51,051 nt of DNA from Rickettsia typhi (lineage in GTDB: Bacteria; Pseudomonadota; Alphaproteobacteria; Rickettsiales; UBA1997): NCBI GenBank assembly GCA_945874115.1, contig CAMCFD010000001.1, forward strand, positions 1 to 51,051, written 5' to 3'. A program made the position numbers and the translations under genes. The notes beneath the pieces were generated by a model that saw only the letters and a list, made by a program, of their open reading frames with translations, searched no databases and was not told the DNA's origin. Position 1 is the stretch's first letter, and the number at the start of each line of letters is the position of its first letter. Of this stretch, positions 8,770-18,342 are shown one piece after another.

Positions 8770-10491
8770 ATGATAAAGAAATTTTTTTTTGCTACGTTGT
8801 TAATTGCAATAATTCCTAATCTTAGCAAAGCTGACGACAATTTCAAGCGTGGAATTTCAATTTTTGGCGATTTAAAATATGGCGCCAATTTTAAGCATTT
8901 CGAATATGTTAACCCAAGTGCGAAAAAAGGCGGCCTAGTCAAAATGGGCGCGGAGGGCACTTTTAACAGCCTGAATCCCTTTATTCTTAAGGGAATAAGC
9001 GCTAGCGGAATCGATTATTTATACGATTCTTTGATGGAAGGTTCTGATGACGAAATTTCGTCGCGATATGGCCTTGTTGCTGAGTCGGTGATGATTGCGC
9101 CCGACAAATATTCGATGACATTTCGACTTAATAAAAATGCGCGTTTTCATGATGATAGACCAATCACGGCTGATGACGTAATTTTCACCTTCAAAACTTT
9201 AGTTGAAAAAGGCCATCCGTCTTACAAAATAGCTTATCGCGATGTGAAAGATGTGATAAAAATAAACAATCACGAAGTAAAATTTTTATTTACGACGAAC
9301 AAGAATAAAGACTTGCCGCTGCTTGTTTCGTCGCTCAAAATTTTGCCGAAGCATTATTATGAGAACCATAAATTTGACGAAACTTCGATGCAACCACCTT
9401 TGGGCTCTGGGCCCTATAAAATCAAGGAAGTTAAGCAGGGGAAAACTGTAGTTTACGAGCGCGTCAAAAATTATTGGGCTAAAGATTTGCCAATTAATGT
9501 GGGACGCTATAATTTTGACTTAATTCAATATGATTATTATCTTGATTCTAATGTTTTGATAGAGGCCTTCAAAGCTGGCCAATTCGATATTCGCCAAGAA
9601 AATGTCGCAAGAAACTGGGCCAATTCTTACAATATTGACAAAGTTAAAAATGGCGAAATAATCAAGCAAGAAATTGAACATAATTTGCCGGCGGGGACTC
9701 AAACTTTTATTTTAAATTTGCGCCGCGAAAAGTTTCGCGACATAGAATTGCGTAAGGCTATGACTTATGCTTTTAATTTTGAGTGGCTTAAAAAACACAT
9801 TTTTTATAACTCATATAAGCGCACCGAAAGCTATTTTGCCAATTCAGAATTTGCTTATAATTATGACGCGAAAGATAAATTTAAATTACCAATCTCGCAA
9901 GAAAATAATTTCGGCAGGCAGAATTTAATCATCGCTAAAGACTTGCTAGATAAGGCTGGATATAAAATTAAAGATGGAAAATTAATTGATCCAAAAACGC
10001 AAAAACCCATAAATATCGAATTTTTAATTGCATCAAAATCTTTCGAAATGATAATTGCGCCTTTTGTCGATAATTTGCAAAAGTTAGGAATTTCGGCGAC
10101 CATAAAATTTGTCGAAGAAAATCAATATGATTCAAGGGTACGCAATTTTGATTATGACGTTATTGTTGCGGTTTTTTCGCCAAGTTTAATCCCCGGAAGT
10201 GAACTTTTTAGATATTGGCATTCATCGCAAAAAGACACAATTGGTTCGCAAAATTATTCGGGCTTGGTTGATAAAAAAACTGATATTTTTGTCGAAAAAA
10301 TCGCAAAAACACAAAATAAAGACGAATTAATTGCGCTTTGTCGTGAGTTTGACCGACATATGCTTGAAAATTATTACACAATCCCGCAGTGGCACAATAA
10401 TTCGCATCGAATTTTGCATAAAAACAATCTTCGTCGCCCTAAAATTTCGCCAAAATATTCGCTCGCATTTGATTCTTGGTGGATTGAATAA
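8770..10491 (+). CDS. ABC transporter periplasmic substrate-binding protein, family 5 (peptide/opine, YejA-like)
   Basis: About 573 aa with signal peptide 'MIKKFFFATLLIAIIPNLSKA'. The length and motifs ('RFHDDRPITADDVIFTF', 'GSGPYKIKE', 'YWHS') fit SBP family 5. An alternative start is at 8749. No permease or ATPase genes are adjacent. Confidence 0.75.
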   Translation: MIKKFFFATLLIAIIPNLSKADDNFKRGISIFGDLKYGANFKHFEYVNPSAKKGGLVKMGAEGTFNSLNPFILKGISASGIDYLYDSLMEGSDDEISSRYGLVAESVMIAPDKYSMTFRLNKNARFHDDRPITADDVIFTFKTLVEKGHPSYKIAYRDVKDVIKINNHEVKFLFTTNKNKDLPLLVSSLKILPKHYYENHKFDETSMQPPLGSGPYKIKEVKQGKTVVYERVKNYWAKDLPINVGRYNFDLIQYDYYLDSNVLIEAFKAGQFDIRQENVARNWANSYNIDKVKNGEIIKQEIEHNLPAGTQTFILNLRREKFRDIELRKAMTYAFNFEWLKKHIFYNSYKRTESYFANSEFAYNYDAKDKFKLPISQENNFGRQNLIIAKDLLDKAGYKIKDGKLIDPKTQKPINIEFLIASKSFEMIIAPFVDNLQKLGISATIKFVEENQYDSRVRNFDYDVIVAVFSPSLIPGSELFRYWHSSQKDTIGSQNYSGLVDKKTDIFVEKIAKTQNKDELIALCREFDRHMLENYYTIPQWHNNSHRILHKNNLRRPKISPKYSLAFDSWWIE

Positions 10492-10542
10492 TTTGATATA
10501 TCGCCAAATTAGCCAGATTCGTCCTTTATTCTCTAGTTTTTC

Positions 10543-10571
10543 TTGACAAAGGCCAAAAATTGGGCTATAAT
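10543..10571 (+). promoter_or_regulatory. Consensus sigma-70 promoter (TTGACA-17 nt-TATAAT) upstream of the Nfu gene
   Basis: TTGACA at 10543..10548 and TATAAT at 10566..10571, with exactly 17 nt between them, lie 40 nt upstream of the ATG at 10612. Confidence 0.6.
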
Positions 10572-10611
10572 TTGGCGAAGATGGCTTTATTAACTGTAAA
10601 ATTAACGAAAA

Positions 10612-11178
10612 ATGTTTATTCAAACCGAAGAAACGCCTAATCCGGCGAGTTTAAAATTTATACCAGATGGCGCCGTTGTTGTTGAAAACGCGACTTTCGA
10701 GTTTAAAAACAAGGAAATTGCACGCGAGAAATCTGAGTTGGCGTTCGAATTATTCAAGGTTGAAGGCGTTGCATCGGTGTTTTTTGGCCACGATTTTATC
10801 ACCGTCACTAAATCTGAAGAAATTGATTGGAAGCAGATAAAAACAGAAATCATGGCCACAATCGTCGATTTTTTTGTTGCCGGAAAGTCAGTTTTGAAAG
10901 ACGGAATAAAAAAAGAAGTTGTTAGTGATGAAAATGACAGCGACGTTGTGAAACAAATAAAGGAATTGCTTGAAATTAAGGTTAAGCCAGCTGTTGCAAT
11001 GGATGGCGGCGATGTAATTTATCGCGGATTTGAAGACGGAATCGTAAAATTAGAGCTGAAAGGCTCGTGTTCTGGTTGTCCGAGTTCGACGATTACGTTG
11101 AAAAATGGGATTGAGAATATGTTCAAGCACTACATTCCTGAGGTTGTGTCGGTTGAACAGTTTTTTGAAGAGGATTAA
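10612..11178 (+). CDS. NifU/Nfu-type Fe-S cluster assembly protein (Nfu N-terminal domain plus NifU C-terminal CxxC domain)
   Basis: 188 aa with 'MFIQTEETPNPASLKFIP' (Nfu_N signature), 'VKPAVAMDGGDV' and 'LKGSCSGCPSS'. Confidence 0.85.
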   Translation: MFIQTEETPNPASLKFIPDGAVVVENATFEFKNKEIAREKSELAFELFKVEGVASVFFGHDFITVTKSEEIDWKQIKTEIMATIVDFFVAGKSVLKDGIKKEVVSDENDSDVVKQIKELLEIKVKPAVAMDGGDVIYRGFEDGIVKLELKGSCSGCPSSTITLKNGIENMFKHYIPEVVSVEQFFEED

Positions 11179-11281
11179 AAAAATCTGCGATTTTTTTAAG
11201 GGAAAATGAGCATATCATAAAATTGATAGGAGGCAAAGCCTCCATAGAGTAAGGCTCTAGTTTTTGAGGTTTGATCCTCAT

Positions 11282-11318
11282 ACCCGCAACTCTCTTTGAG
11301 GGGAGTTGCGGGTTTTTC
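11282..11318 (+). terminator. Rho-independent terminator
   Basis: An 11-bp perfect stem, 'acccgcaactc' (11282..11292) with 'gagttgcgggt' (11303..11313), is followed by a T5 run. It lies about 100 nt downstream of the Nfu stop codon. Confidence 0.7.
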
Positions 11319-11360
11319 TCCCTCTTCCTTTGAGGTTGTAGTGGCATCGAAAAAATATTT

Positions 11361-12140
11361 ATGGATATTATGAACGATAAATTAATAATCGCCGGTAAAG
11401 AATTCAATTCACGGTTGCTTGTTGGCACGGGAAAATATAAAGATTTTGTTGAAACGCGTGATGCGATTGCGGCGAGTGGTGCTGAAATCGTCACGGTTGC
11501 TGTGCGCCGCGTCAATATTGAGAAGAAGGGCGAACCGATGTTGCAAGATTTTCTTGATCCAAAAAAATATGTTTATTTGCCAAATACTGCGGGCTGTTTC
11601 ACGGCTGATGATGCGGTTAGAACTCTGCGTTTGGCGCGGGCTGCGGGAGGGTGGAATTTGGTCAAATTAGAAGTTTTGGCGGATGAAAAAACACTTTACC
11701 CAAAAGTTATCGAAACCATCAAAGCCGCAGAATTATTGATTAAAGACGGTTTTGACGTGATGGTTTACACTTCTGATGACCCAATTGTTGCGCGCGAACT
11801 CGAAGATATTGGTTGCTGTGCGATTATGCCTTTGGCCGCGCCAATCGGGTCTGGATTAGGCATTCAAAATCGCCTCAATATCGAATTTATTGTCGAGCAA
11901 TCGAAAGTTCCAGTTTTGGTTGACGCTGGAGTCGGAACTGCTTCTGACGCTGCCGTTGCGATGGAAATTGGCTGCGCTGGCGTGTTGATGAACACGGCGA
12001 TTGCGAAAGCGCAAAATCCAATTTTGATGGCGCATGCTATGAAGCTTGCAATTGAGGCTGGGCGCGCTGCGTTTTTGGCTGGAAGAATGGAAAAGAAAAA
12101 ATATGCTTCACCATCTTCGCCGGTGGCGGGGAAGATTTAA
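11361..12140 (+). CDS. thiG: Thiazole synthase
   Basis: 259 aa with '[12 protein letters not shown]', 'EIVTVAVRR', 'LPNTAGC', 'KLEV', '[14 protein letters not shown]' and '[12 protein letters not shown]'. Confidence 0.92.
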   Translation: MDIMNDKLIIAGKEFNSRLLVGTGKYKDFVETRDAIAASGAEIVTVAVRRVNIEKKGEPMLQDFLDPKKYVYLPNTAGCFTADDAVRTLRLARAAGGWNLVKLEVLADEKTLYPKVIETIKAAELLIKDGFDVMVYTSDDPIVARELEDIGCCAIMPLAAPIGSGLGIQNRLNIEFIVEQSKVPVLVDAGVGTASDAAVAMEIGCAGVLMNTAIAKAQNPILMAHAMKLAIEAGRAAFLAGRMEKKKYASPSSPVAGKI

Positions 12141-12158
12141 AACTAAAATATTCAAATT

Positions 12159-12341
12159 ATGTCTAGAAGCTCATCTTCAGTATCAGAAGAGTTTGATGAA
12201 GAATCTTCACAGAGTTCAAAAGGAGACTTCACAGCAGAATATGAATATCTGCAAAGCCCAGATTTAGCGCAGTGGATTCAATTTTCACAACAGCTGAATC
12301 CGTTTATTGCGAAGAAATTAAAGGTCAGGCGGCGGCGATAG
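12159..12341 (+). CDS. Hypothetical Ser/acidic-rich ORF (orphan). It may be the 5' part of a frameshifted gene continuing in 12272..12682.
   Basis: 60-aa ORF with no motif I recognise. Its frame overlaps the next ORF's open frame over 12245..12341. Confidence 0.3.
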   Translation: MSRSSSSVSEEFDEESSQSSKGDFTAEYEYLQSPDLAQWIQFSQQLNPFIAKKLKVRRRR

Positions 12342-12682
12342 CTCAAATATCGCAGGGTGTTTTGCGCTCTTATAAAGACACATCTCGCCCGCTTACCGCT
12401 GTAGATATTTTGAATAGAATGGATGCAAGTGTTAATTCTATATTCGCAAATAGGCACAGGGTTGCTAACGCTTCGCAGCGAGGCGCTGTGGCTGGTTCTG
12501 GCGTCGAGGCTTCACTGGCCGCAGATCCTCAACTAGAAAGAATTCAGATATTAAGAGGATTGCTAGCCGAGTTGAGGGGTGAGGAAGTCGCTATTGCCGC
12601 GGCAGCCGCTGCGTCTGGCTCGCCAAGCTCTCCTCAATTTTCGTCATTGTCGCAAGATTTGGGTCGCTCTTCTAGAGCGTAG
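12272..12682 (+). CDS. Hypothetical Ala/Ser-rich protein (orphan) in a locally GC-rich segment
   Basis: 136-aa ORF with a GTG start. The DNA is visibly far more GC-rich than its neighbours (for example 12440..12680). It has no recognisable domain. Confidence 0.4.
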   Translation: MDSIFTTAESVYCEEIKGQAAAIAQISQGVLRSYKDTSRPLTAVDILNRMDASVNSIFANRHRVANASQRGAVAGSGVEASLAADPQLERIQILRGLLAELRGEEVAIAAAAAASGSPSSPQFSSLSQDLGRSSRA

Positions 12683-12704
12683 TTATATAATTTAATATTT
12701 TTTT

Positions 12705-14105
12705 ATGAAACATAATTTTAATTCTTCAATCATCCGCGCTTATGACATTCGCGGCATTTATAACGAAACTTTATATGATTTGGACGCATTTTTCGTCGGA
12801 AAATCTTTCGCCAGTTTTATGCATAAAAATTCGAAGAAAAAAATTGCGGTGGCGTGCGATGGGCGCGTTAGTTCGCCGGCTTTGAAGAGGCAATTGATTA
12901 AAGGCTTGCTTGAGTCTGGCTTAGAGATTGTTGATGTCGGCATGGGGCCAACTCCGATGTTATATTTTTCTGTTTATCATCTTGGTTGCGACGCGGGCAT
13001 TATGGTCACGGGCTCGCATAATCCGGGGCATCACAATGGTTTTAAAATAATTCTCAAAGAACGTCCATTTTTCGGTGGTGATATTCTTGGATTAGAAAAA
13101 ATTGCCGCGACAGGCGATTTTGTTGAGGGCGACGGCATTCTGAAAGAAGTTTATGTAGAAGACGAATATGTTGAAAGCGTTGTTGCTGATTGCGTTTTAG
13201 ATAATCCTGAAATTAAAATTGTGTGGGACGCTGGAAATGGCGCTGCTGGTGGCGTGATGAGAAAAATTTCTGACAAAATTAATGCAAAGCATTTTTTGTT
13301 GTTTGAAGAAATTGATGGAACCTTTCCAAATCACCATCCAGACCCAACGGTTGAAAAGAATTTGCAGGATTTGAAGAAAAAAATTCTCGAAGAAAAATGC
13401 GATATCGGAATTGCCTTTGACGGCGATGGCGACAGAATTGGCGTTATGGACGATGAAGGCGGAATTTTATGGGGCGACCAACTTCTAATTTTTTATGCGC
13501 GTGAAGTGTTGCAAAAAAACCCAGGCGCAACAATCATCGCCGATGTTAAGGCGAGCAAAATTTTGTTCGATGAAGTTGCAAAAGCTGGCGGCACGCCATT
13601 GATGTGGAAAACTGGACATTCTTTTGTGAAAGCCAAAATGAAAGAAACAAAATCGCCGCTTGCGGGTGAAATGAGTGGCCATATTTTTTTCGCCGACAAA
13701 TATATTTCGAAGCAAAATCACGGCTATGACGACGCACTTTATGCCGCGATTCGCATTATAAATATTTTAGCAAAATCGGGAAAAAAACTTTCTGATTTGC
13801 GAAAATCGCTGCCACAAAGTTTTTCAACGGCAGAAATAAGAATTGAAGTTTTGGAAGAAAAAAAGTTTTTAGTTATTGATGAATTAAAAAATAAATTAGC
13901 AAAATCAAAAATTGATTTTAACGATGTCGACGGAATTCGCGCCACGAATGACAATGGTTGGTGGCTTATTCGCGCATCAAACACGCAAGCAGTTTTGGTC
14001 GCAAGATGCGAAGCTGACTCGAAAAAAAATCTCGAAATTCTGAAAGGAAATTTACGTGAAAATTTAGAATTTTTGCAAATAAAAATTCCAGATGAATTAA
14101 AATAA
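12705..14105 (+). CDS. Phosphomannomutase / phosphoglucomutase (alpha-D-phosphohexomutase family)
   Basis: 466 aa with active-site 'TGSHNPGHHNGFK', metal site 'FDGDGDR' and 'GEMSGH'. Confidence 0.9.
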   Translation: MKHNFNSSIIRAYDIRGIYNETLYDLDAFFVGKSFASFMHKNSKKKIAVACDGRVSSPALKRQLIKGLLESGLEIVDVGMGPTPMLYFSVYHLGCDAGIMVTGSHNPGHHNGFKIILKERPFFGGDILGLEKIAATGDFVEGDGILKEVYVEDEYVESVVADCVLDNPEIKIVWDAGNGAAGGVMRKISDKINAKHFLLFEEIDGTFPNHHPDPTVEKNLQDLKKKILEEKCDIGIAFDGDGDRIGVMDDEGGILWGDQLLIFYAREVLQKNPGATIIADVKASKILFDEVAKAGGTPLMWKTGHSFVKAKMKETKSPLAGEMSGHIFFADKYISKQNHGYDDALYAAIRIINILAKSGKKLSDLRKSLPQSFSTAEIRIEVLEEKKFLVIDELKNKLAKSKIDFNDVDGIRATNDNGWWLIRASNTQAVLVARCEADSKKNLEILKGNLRENLEFLQIKIPDELK

Positions 14106-14137
14106 TTTGTTTTTATTTTTAACAAAAATATTATAAG

Positions 14138-14752
14138 ATGAAAATAATCGGCCTTACGGGCGGAATTGCCGCCGGAAAAAATTTTGTCTCTGAAATATTT
14201 TCAAAAGAAGGAGCTTGGATTTTTGACGCCGATAAAGAATCTCATAAAATTTTAGAAGAAAATCAAGAAATAATTTTACTGGTCATAGAAAAATTTCCGC
14301 AAGCCGCGCAAAATAATAAAATCTGCCGCGAAATTTTAGGAAAAATAGTTTTTGGTGATGCGAAAAATCTTAAAATTCTCGAAGAAATAATTTATCCAAA
14401 TGTTAGAAAAAATTATCAAGAATTTCTCAAAAAAGCAAAAAATGAAGGCGCAGAAATGTTGGTTTTAAATGTTCCGCTTTTACTTGAAAAGCAAGGTTAT
14501 GAATATGATTTTCTAGTGGTTGTGGTTGCAGATTTAAAACTTAGAAATGAAAGATTCATTAAGCGCGAATTAGCAAAAAGACCGCGAGAAGTTTTTGAAT
14601 TAGAGCAAAAATTTAGCAGAATTATTGCGCGACAAATGTCAGATGAAGATAGAACTAAAAACGCTGATTTCGTGATTAATTGTAACGAATCTGAAGAAGA
14701 TATTATTGCAAGAACAAGAGAAATTATTCTTGCAATAAAACAAAAATTATAA
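14138..14752 (+). CDS. coaE: Dephospho-CoA kinase
   Basis: 204 aa with P-loop '[12 protein letters not shown]' and 'PLLLE'. Its 3' end overlaps the convergent carB stop codon within the palindrome TTATAA. Confidence 0.88.
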   Translation: MKIIGLTGGIAAGKNFVSEIFSKEGAWIFDADKESHKILEENQEIILLVIEKFPQAAQNNKICREILGKIVFGDAKNLKILEEIIYPNVRKNYQEFLKKAKNEGAEMLVLNVPLLLEKQGYEYDFLVVVVADLKLRNERFIKRELAKRPREVFELEQKFSRIIARQMSDEDRTKNADFVINCNESEEDIIARTREIILAIKQKL

Positions 14753-16342
14753 ATCTTGCAAAGCTCGAACTTCAAACTCGCAATTCGCATTTTTATAAGC
14801 TAAAATTCCGTCAACCAAAGCTCTAGCGCCAGAAATTGTGGTTGCGTGAGTGATTTGCTTCATGAATGCGGTTCTTCGAATCGAGAAGCTGTCTCGAGTG
14901 GCTTGTGCACCCTCGGTTGTGTTGATTATCAGCGATATTTCGCCTTTCTCAATCATGTCAACAACGTGAGGTTTATCCTCGGTGATTTTATTCACGATTG
15001 TCGCCGCAATATTATTTTCGGCCAAAAATTTTGCCGTGCCTTTTGTGGCGACAATTTTAAAGCCAATCTCAATTAATTTTTTCGCAATATCAATCGTATA
15101 TTTTTTGTCCGAATCTTTCACTGAAACAAAGGCAAGTCCGCTGGTTGGAAGTTTGCTTCCGGCTGCTAATTGCGCCTTTGCGAAGGCTAGTGGAAAAGTT
15201 ATATCGATGCCCATAACTTCACCCGTAGATTTCATTTCGGGCCCTAAAATTATATCCGCATTATTGAAGCGCGCAAAAGGAAAAACAACCTCTTTCACTG
15301 AAAAATAATCGAACTTTTTTTCTTTCAAATTAAATTCTTTAAGCTTTTTGCCAACCATAATTAAAGAGGCAATTTTCGCAATTTGCAAACCCGTAGCTTT
15401 CGCAACAAACGGCACAGTTCTTGATGCGCGAGGGTTAACTTCTAACACATAAATCACGTCATCTTTAACCGCGAATTGAATATTCATCAGGCCTTTTACG
15501 TTAAGAGCCAGTGCCAATTTTTTCGTGGCAACTTTAATTTCGTCGATAATTTTTTGCGATAAAGAATATGGTGGAATCGAACAGGCTGAGTCTCCTGAGT
15601 GAATTCCGGCTTCTTCGATGTGTTGCATAATTCCCGCGACAAAAACTTCTTCGCCGTCGCAAAGTGCGTCAACGTCGATTTCGATTGCGTCAGTCAAAAA
15701 TTTGTCGAGAAGAAGTGGCCCAGTGTCAAAAACTTCGGCAAAATCGGTGAGATATTTCATTAAATAATCGCGGTCATAAACAATCGCCATTCCGCGTCCA
15801 CCAAGGACATAAGAAGGGCGCACCACGACCGGAAATCCAATTTCGCTCACGTGATCAACAACTTCTTTTGCGCTGTGAGCGATGTGGTTTTCGGGTTGAT
15901 TTAAATCGAGTTTTTGCAATAATTTTTTGAAGCGATCGCGGTCTTCGGCTAAGTCAATCATGTCAGGCGATGTGCCGATAATTGGGACATTTTCATCTTG
16001 CAAAAATTTCGCGAGGCCAAGTGGAGTTTGTCCGCCAAACTGAACGTTGACGCCAAGAAGCTCGCCATTTTCCATTTCTTTTTTAATAAGCGCAAGAACA
16101 TCTTCGCCTGTGAGTGGCTCAAAATAAAGGCGATCAGATGTGTCGTAGTCGGTTGAAACGGTTTCTGGGTTGCAATTTACCATGATTGCTTCAATTCCGG
16201 CTGCTCTGAAAGCAAACGCGGCATGAACACAAGTATAATCGAACTCGATTCCTTGGCCGATGCGGTTTGGGCCGCTTCCTAGAATCACAACTTTTTTGCG
16301 ATTAGTTGGTCTTGATTCGCAAGAAAAAATTTCTTCTGTCAT
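14747..16342 (-). CDS. carB: Carbamoyl-phosphate synthase large subunit, C-terminal half only (second ATP-grasp synthetase domain plus MGS-like allosteric domain)
   Basis: 531 aa, colinear with E. coli CarB from about residue 545 to the end: '[19 protein letters not shown]', '[24 protein letters not shown]', '[13 protein letters not shown]', 'HSGDSACS', '[24 protein letters not shown]'. No N-terminal half is encoded upstream. Confidence 0.88.
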   Translation of the reverse strand: MTEEIFSCESRPTNRKKVVILGSGPNRIGQGIEFDYTCVHAAFAFRAAGIEAIMVNCNPETVSTDYDTSDRLYFEPLTGEDVLALIKKEMENGELLGVNVQFGGQTPLGLAKFLQDENVPIIGTSPDMIDLAEDRDRFKKLLQKLDLNQPENHIAHSAKEVVDHVSEIGFPVVVRPSYVLGGRGMAIVYDRDYLMKYLTDFAEVFDTGPLLLDKFLTDAIEIDVDALCDGEEVFVAGIMQHIEEAGIHSGDSACSIPPYSLSQKIIDEIKVATKKLALALNVKGLMNIQFAVKDDVIYVLEVNPRASRTVPFVAKATGLQIAKIASLIMVGKKLKEFNLKEKKFDYFSVKEVVFPFARFNNADIILGPEMKSTGEVMGIDITFPLAFAKAQLAAGSKLPTSGLAFVSVKDSDKKYTIDIAKKLIEIGFKIVATKGTAKFLAENNIAATIVNKITEDKPHVVDMIEKGEISLIINTTEGAQATRDSFSIRRTAFMKQITHATTISGARALVDGILAYKNANCEFEVRALQDL

Positions 16343-16417
16343 TTTTACTTTATCTTTAAAATTAATTTGCTATATTCTACACGATAATTTGATAAAATTA
16401 AAGAGTTTTTTTTAAAA

Positions 16418-17137
16418 ATGACAAAAATCACACAAAGCTTTATTTTTGCTGCTGGTCGCGGTGAGCGCATGAGACCAATAACTGACAGCATTCCAAAGCC
16501 ATTAGTTAAAATAAAAAACAAGTCAATAATCGATTATATTATTGAAAAACTTGATAAAACTCCTCAAATTGAAAAAATCGTCATAAACGGATTTTATTTA
16601 GCGCAACAAATTGAAGATCATATCAAAAATTTAGCGAATAGAAAAATAATTTTCTCGCGCGAAGACTCTAAAATAGAGACTGGAGGAGGATTATTGTTCG
16701 CGCTAAAAAATCACAAATTCGATCAAAATCAACCAATTTTATTGATAAATGGCGATATTTTATGGCAAGAATCGCAAGAAAACGATGAAATTACGGATTT
16801 TTGCCAGAAATATCAAAAAAATGATTGCGACATTCTTTTGGGTCTTAAAAAAACCGGCGAAGTTTTAGGTTATGAAGGCGAGGGTGATTTTAATCTCGAC
16901 GAAAAAACCGGCAAAATATTAGCTTCAGAAAACAAATCAAGAGATTATGTTTTTGTTGGATTGCAGATAATTAATCCAGAAATTTTAAAATTTGCGCCAG
17001 AAAATTTCTTTTCGATGAATTATTTTTATAAAAATGCCGATGCTCTTGGAATAAAAATCAAAGGCGTTGAATTAAAATCGAAATTCTTCCACATTAGCGA
17101 TGTCAAAGGGCTTAAAGCGATTGAAGAAGTTCTTTAA
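16418..17137 (+). CDS. Sugar-phosphate nucleotidyltransferase (MurU-like / NTP_transferase family)
   Basis: 239 aa with 'FIFAAGRGERMRPITDSIPKPLVKI' (G-x-G-t-R-l motif) and 'LLINGDILW'. Confidence 0.7.
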   Translation: MTKITQSFIFAAGRGERMRPITDSIPKPLVKIKNKSIIDYIIEKLDKTPQIEKIVINGFYLAQQIEDHIKNLANRKIIFSREDSKIETGGGLLFALKNHKFDQNQPILLINGDILWQESQENDEITDFCQKYQKNDCDILLGLKKTGEVLGYEGEGDFNLDEKTGKILASENKSRDYVFVGLQIINPEILKFAPENFFSMNYFYKNADALGIKIKGVELKSKFFHISDVKGLKAIEEVL

Positions 17138-17173
17138 TTTGAGCGGAGTTTTTAAGTTTAAAAGCCGCTCAAA
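17138..17173. terminator. Bidirectional hairpin terminator candidate between convergent genes
   Basis: A 9-bp stem, 'tttgagcgg' (17138..17146) with 'ccgctcaaa' (17165..17173), encloses an 18-nt A/T-rich loop with A/T runs on both sides. Confidence 0.45.
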
Positions 17174-17179
17174 TTAAAT

Positions 17180-17617
17180 TTATTTCTTGCAAAATTTGCA
17201 TAAAATTCCGTCAAGTGATAGTTTTCCACCGCCATAAATTGCAATTGTCGCAAGTAAAAACAGCCAATAAAAATGTTCAGGATTTGCAAAAACGGCAAAC
17301 TGAATAACTAGAGTCATGATAATTAAAGGAAGAGCGGCAAGTCTTGAAAGCAGGCCTAAAATTAAGGCGCCACCACATAAAATTTCGAAAATCATCGCGC
17401 TGTATGTTGCAAATATTGGTGATATATGAGGAACTTGATATTCATATTCGAACAACAAAATTGACGAATCGACGTTTGAAAATTTAACTAATCCGCTTTT
17501 TAAAAAGACAAGGCCAATAAAAACGCGTATTGCAAGCAATAAAATCGGAGATAAATAAATTTGTAAAAAATCAGAATATTTCGCGTAAATATTTTTTGTT
17601 GTTTCGCATAATTTCAT
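17180..17617 (-). CDS. DoxX family membrane protein (last gene of the MNIO operon)
   Basis: 145 aa with four predicted TM helices. 'RVFIGLVFLKSGLVKF' is typical of DoxX. It follows the DUF2063 gene after 11 nt. Confidence 0.7.
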   Translation of the reverse strand: MKLCETTKNIYAKYSDFLQIYLSPILLLAIRVFIGLVFLKSGLVKFSNVDSSILLFEYEYQVPHISPIFATYSAMIFEILCGGALILGLLSRLAALPLIIMTLVIQFAVFANPEHFYWLFLLATIAIYGGGKLSLDGILCKFCKK

Positions 17618-17628
17618 ATAAATTTATT

Positions 17629-18342
17629 TTAGTTAGTGTGAAAATCAATTAAAACGCCATTCCCAATATATTTTTGCAAAGAATTTTGTATATTACAATT
17701 AAATTTATCGTAAATTTGAAACAGCGTCAAGCCTTGTTTCGCGCCGCTTAAAAACTGAAATTCTTTTTTGGTAATTTTTTCAACTTTTATCTCGTTATTT
17801 TGTCTAAAAATTACGAAAAAATAACTATTTTTTCCAGGTTTTTCGCGATTTTTTTTGCCAAATAAATTATATTTTGACTCAATAAAAAAACATGTACAGC
17901 TTAGCTTGAATTTTAAATCGAATAATTTTTCTTGAGGAATGTTTTGCAAAGCTTCAACGTCGAAGATTATTTCATTTTCTTTGAGATAAGATTCTTGTTC
18001 AAGCCAATTAACAAAAGACAAGTCGCGCAAAAAATCTCCGTGAACTTTTTCTAAAAATTCGGGAAAATCAGCGCCATAATCGTCTAAATTTCCACTTTGC
18101 GAGCGATGATTTTTTATAAATTCGTGCGCAATTTCATTGAACTTTTTTTCGCCCAAAAATTCGTACACATCTTTAAAAGTAATTCTTAAGGCATTAGTCA
18201 AAACGCAAAAAAGATTATTTTGATAAATGCTAATAAGGCTTTGTTTCGAAGCTTTTGCGGGCTTTATTACATCAAAAATTTTGTTGTTGTTTTTATAAAC
18301 GCCGTCGATAAAATCACTTTGCAAATCTTTAAGATTTTTCAT
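17629..18342 (-). CDS. DUF2063-type partner protein of the MNIO enzyme (BufC-like)
   Basis: 237 aa. The N-terminal 'LQSDFIDGVY' and the gene's position immediately after, and overlapping by 14 nt, a DUF692 gene match the conserved DUF692-DUF2063 pair. Confidence 0.65.
   Translation of the reverse strand: MKNLKDLQSDFIDGVYKNNNKIFDVIKPAKASKQSLISIYQNNLFCVLTNALRITFKDVYEFLGEKKFNEIAHEFIKNHRSQSGNLDDYGADFPEFLEKVHGDFLRDLSFVNWLEQESYLKENEIIFDVEALQNIPQEKLFDLKFKLSCTCFFIESKYNLFGKKNREKPGKNSYFFVIFRQNNEIKVEKITKKEFQFLSGAKQGLTLFQIYDKFNCNIQNSLQKYIGNGVLIDFHTN

Noticed and set aside
11179-11360. Possible TPP (THI-box) riboswitch upstream of thiG.
   Set aside because: The conserved THI-box elements (CUGAGA and the ACCUGAUCUGGAUAAUGCCAGCG-like pyrophosphate-sensing helix) are not present. 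The strong hairpin is followed by a T-run and reads as the terminator of the upstream gene.
12245-12341. Programmed -1 ribosomal frameshift joining the two orphan ORFs.
   Set aside because: I could not find a canonical X-XXY-YYZ slippery heptamer in the zero frame within the 97-nt overlap, nor an obvious downstream stem-loop or pseudoknot. An indel, a pseudogene or two separate ORFs are equally likely.
14747-16342. The half-length carB as a decaying pseudogene.
   Set aside because: The ORF is uninterrupted for 531 codons with all second-half catalytic motifs intact, and it begins cleanly at a domain boundary. A functional split gene is more likely, but this needs the rest of the genome.
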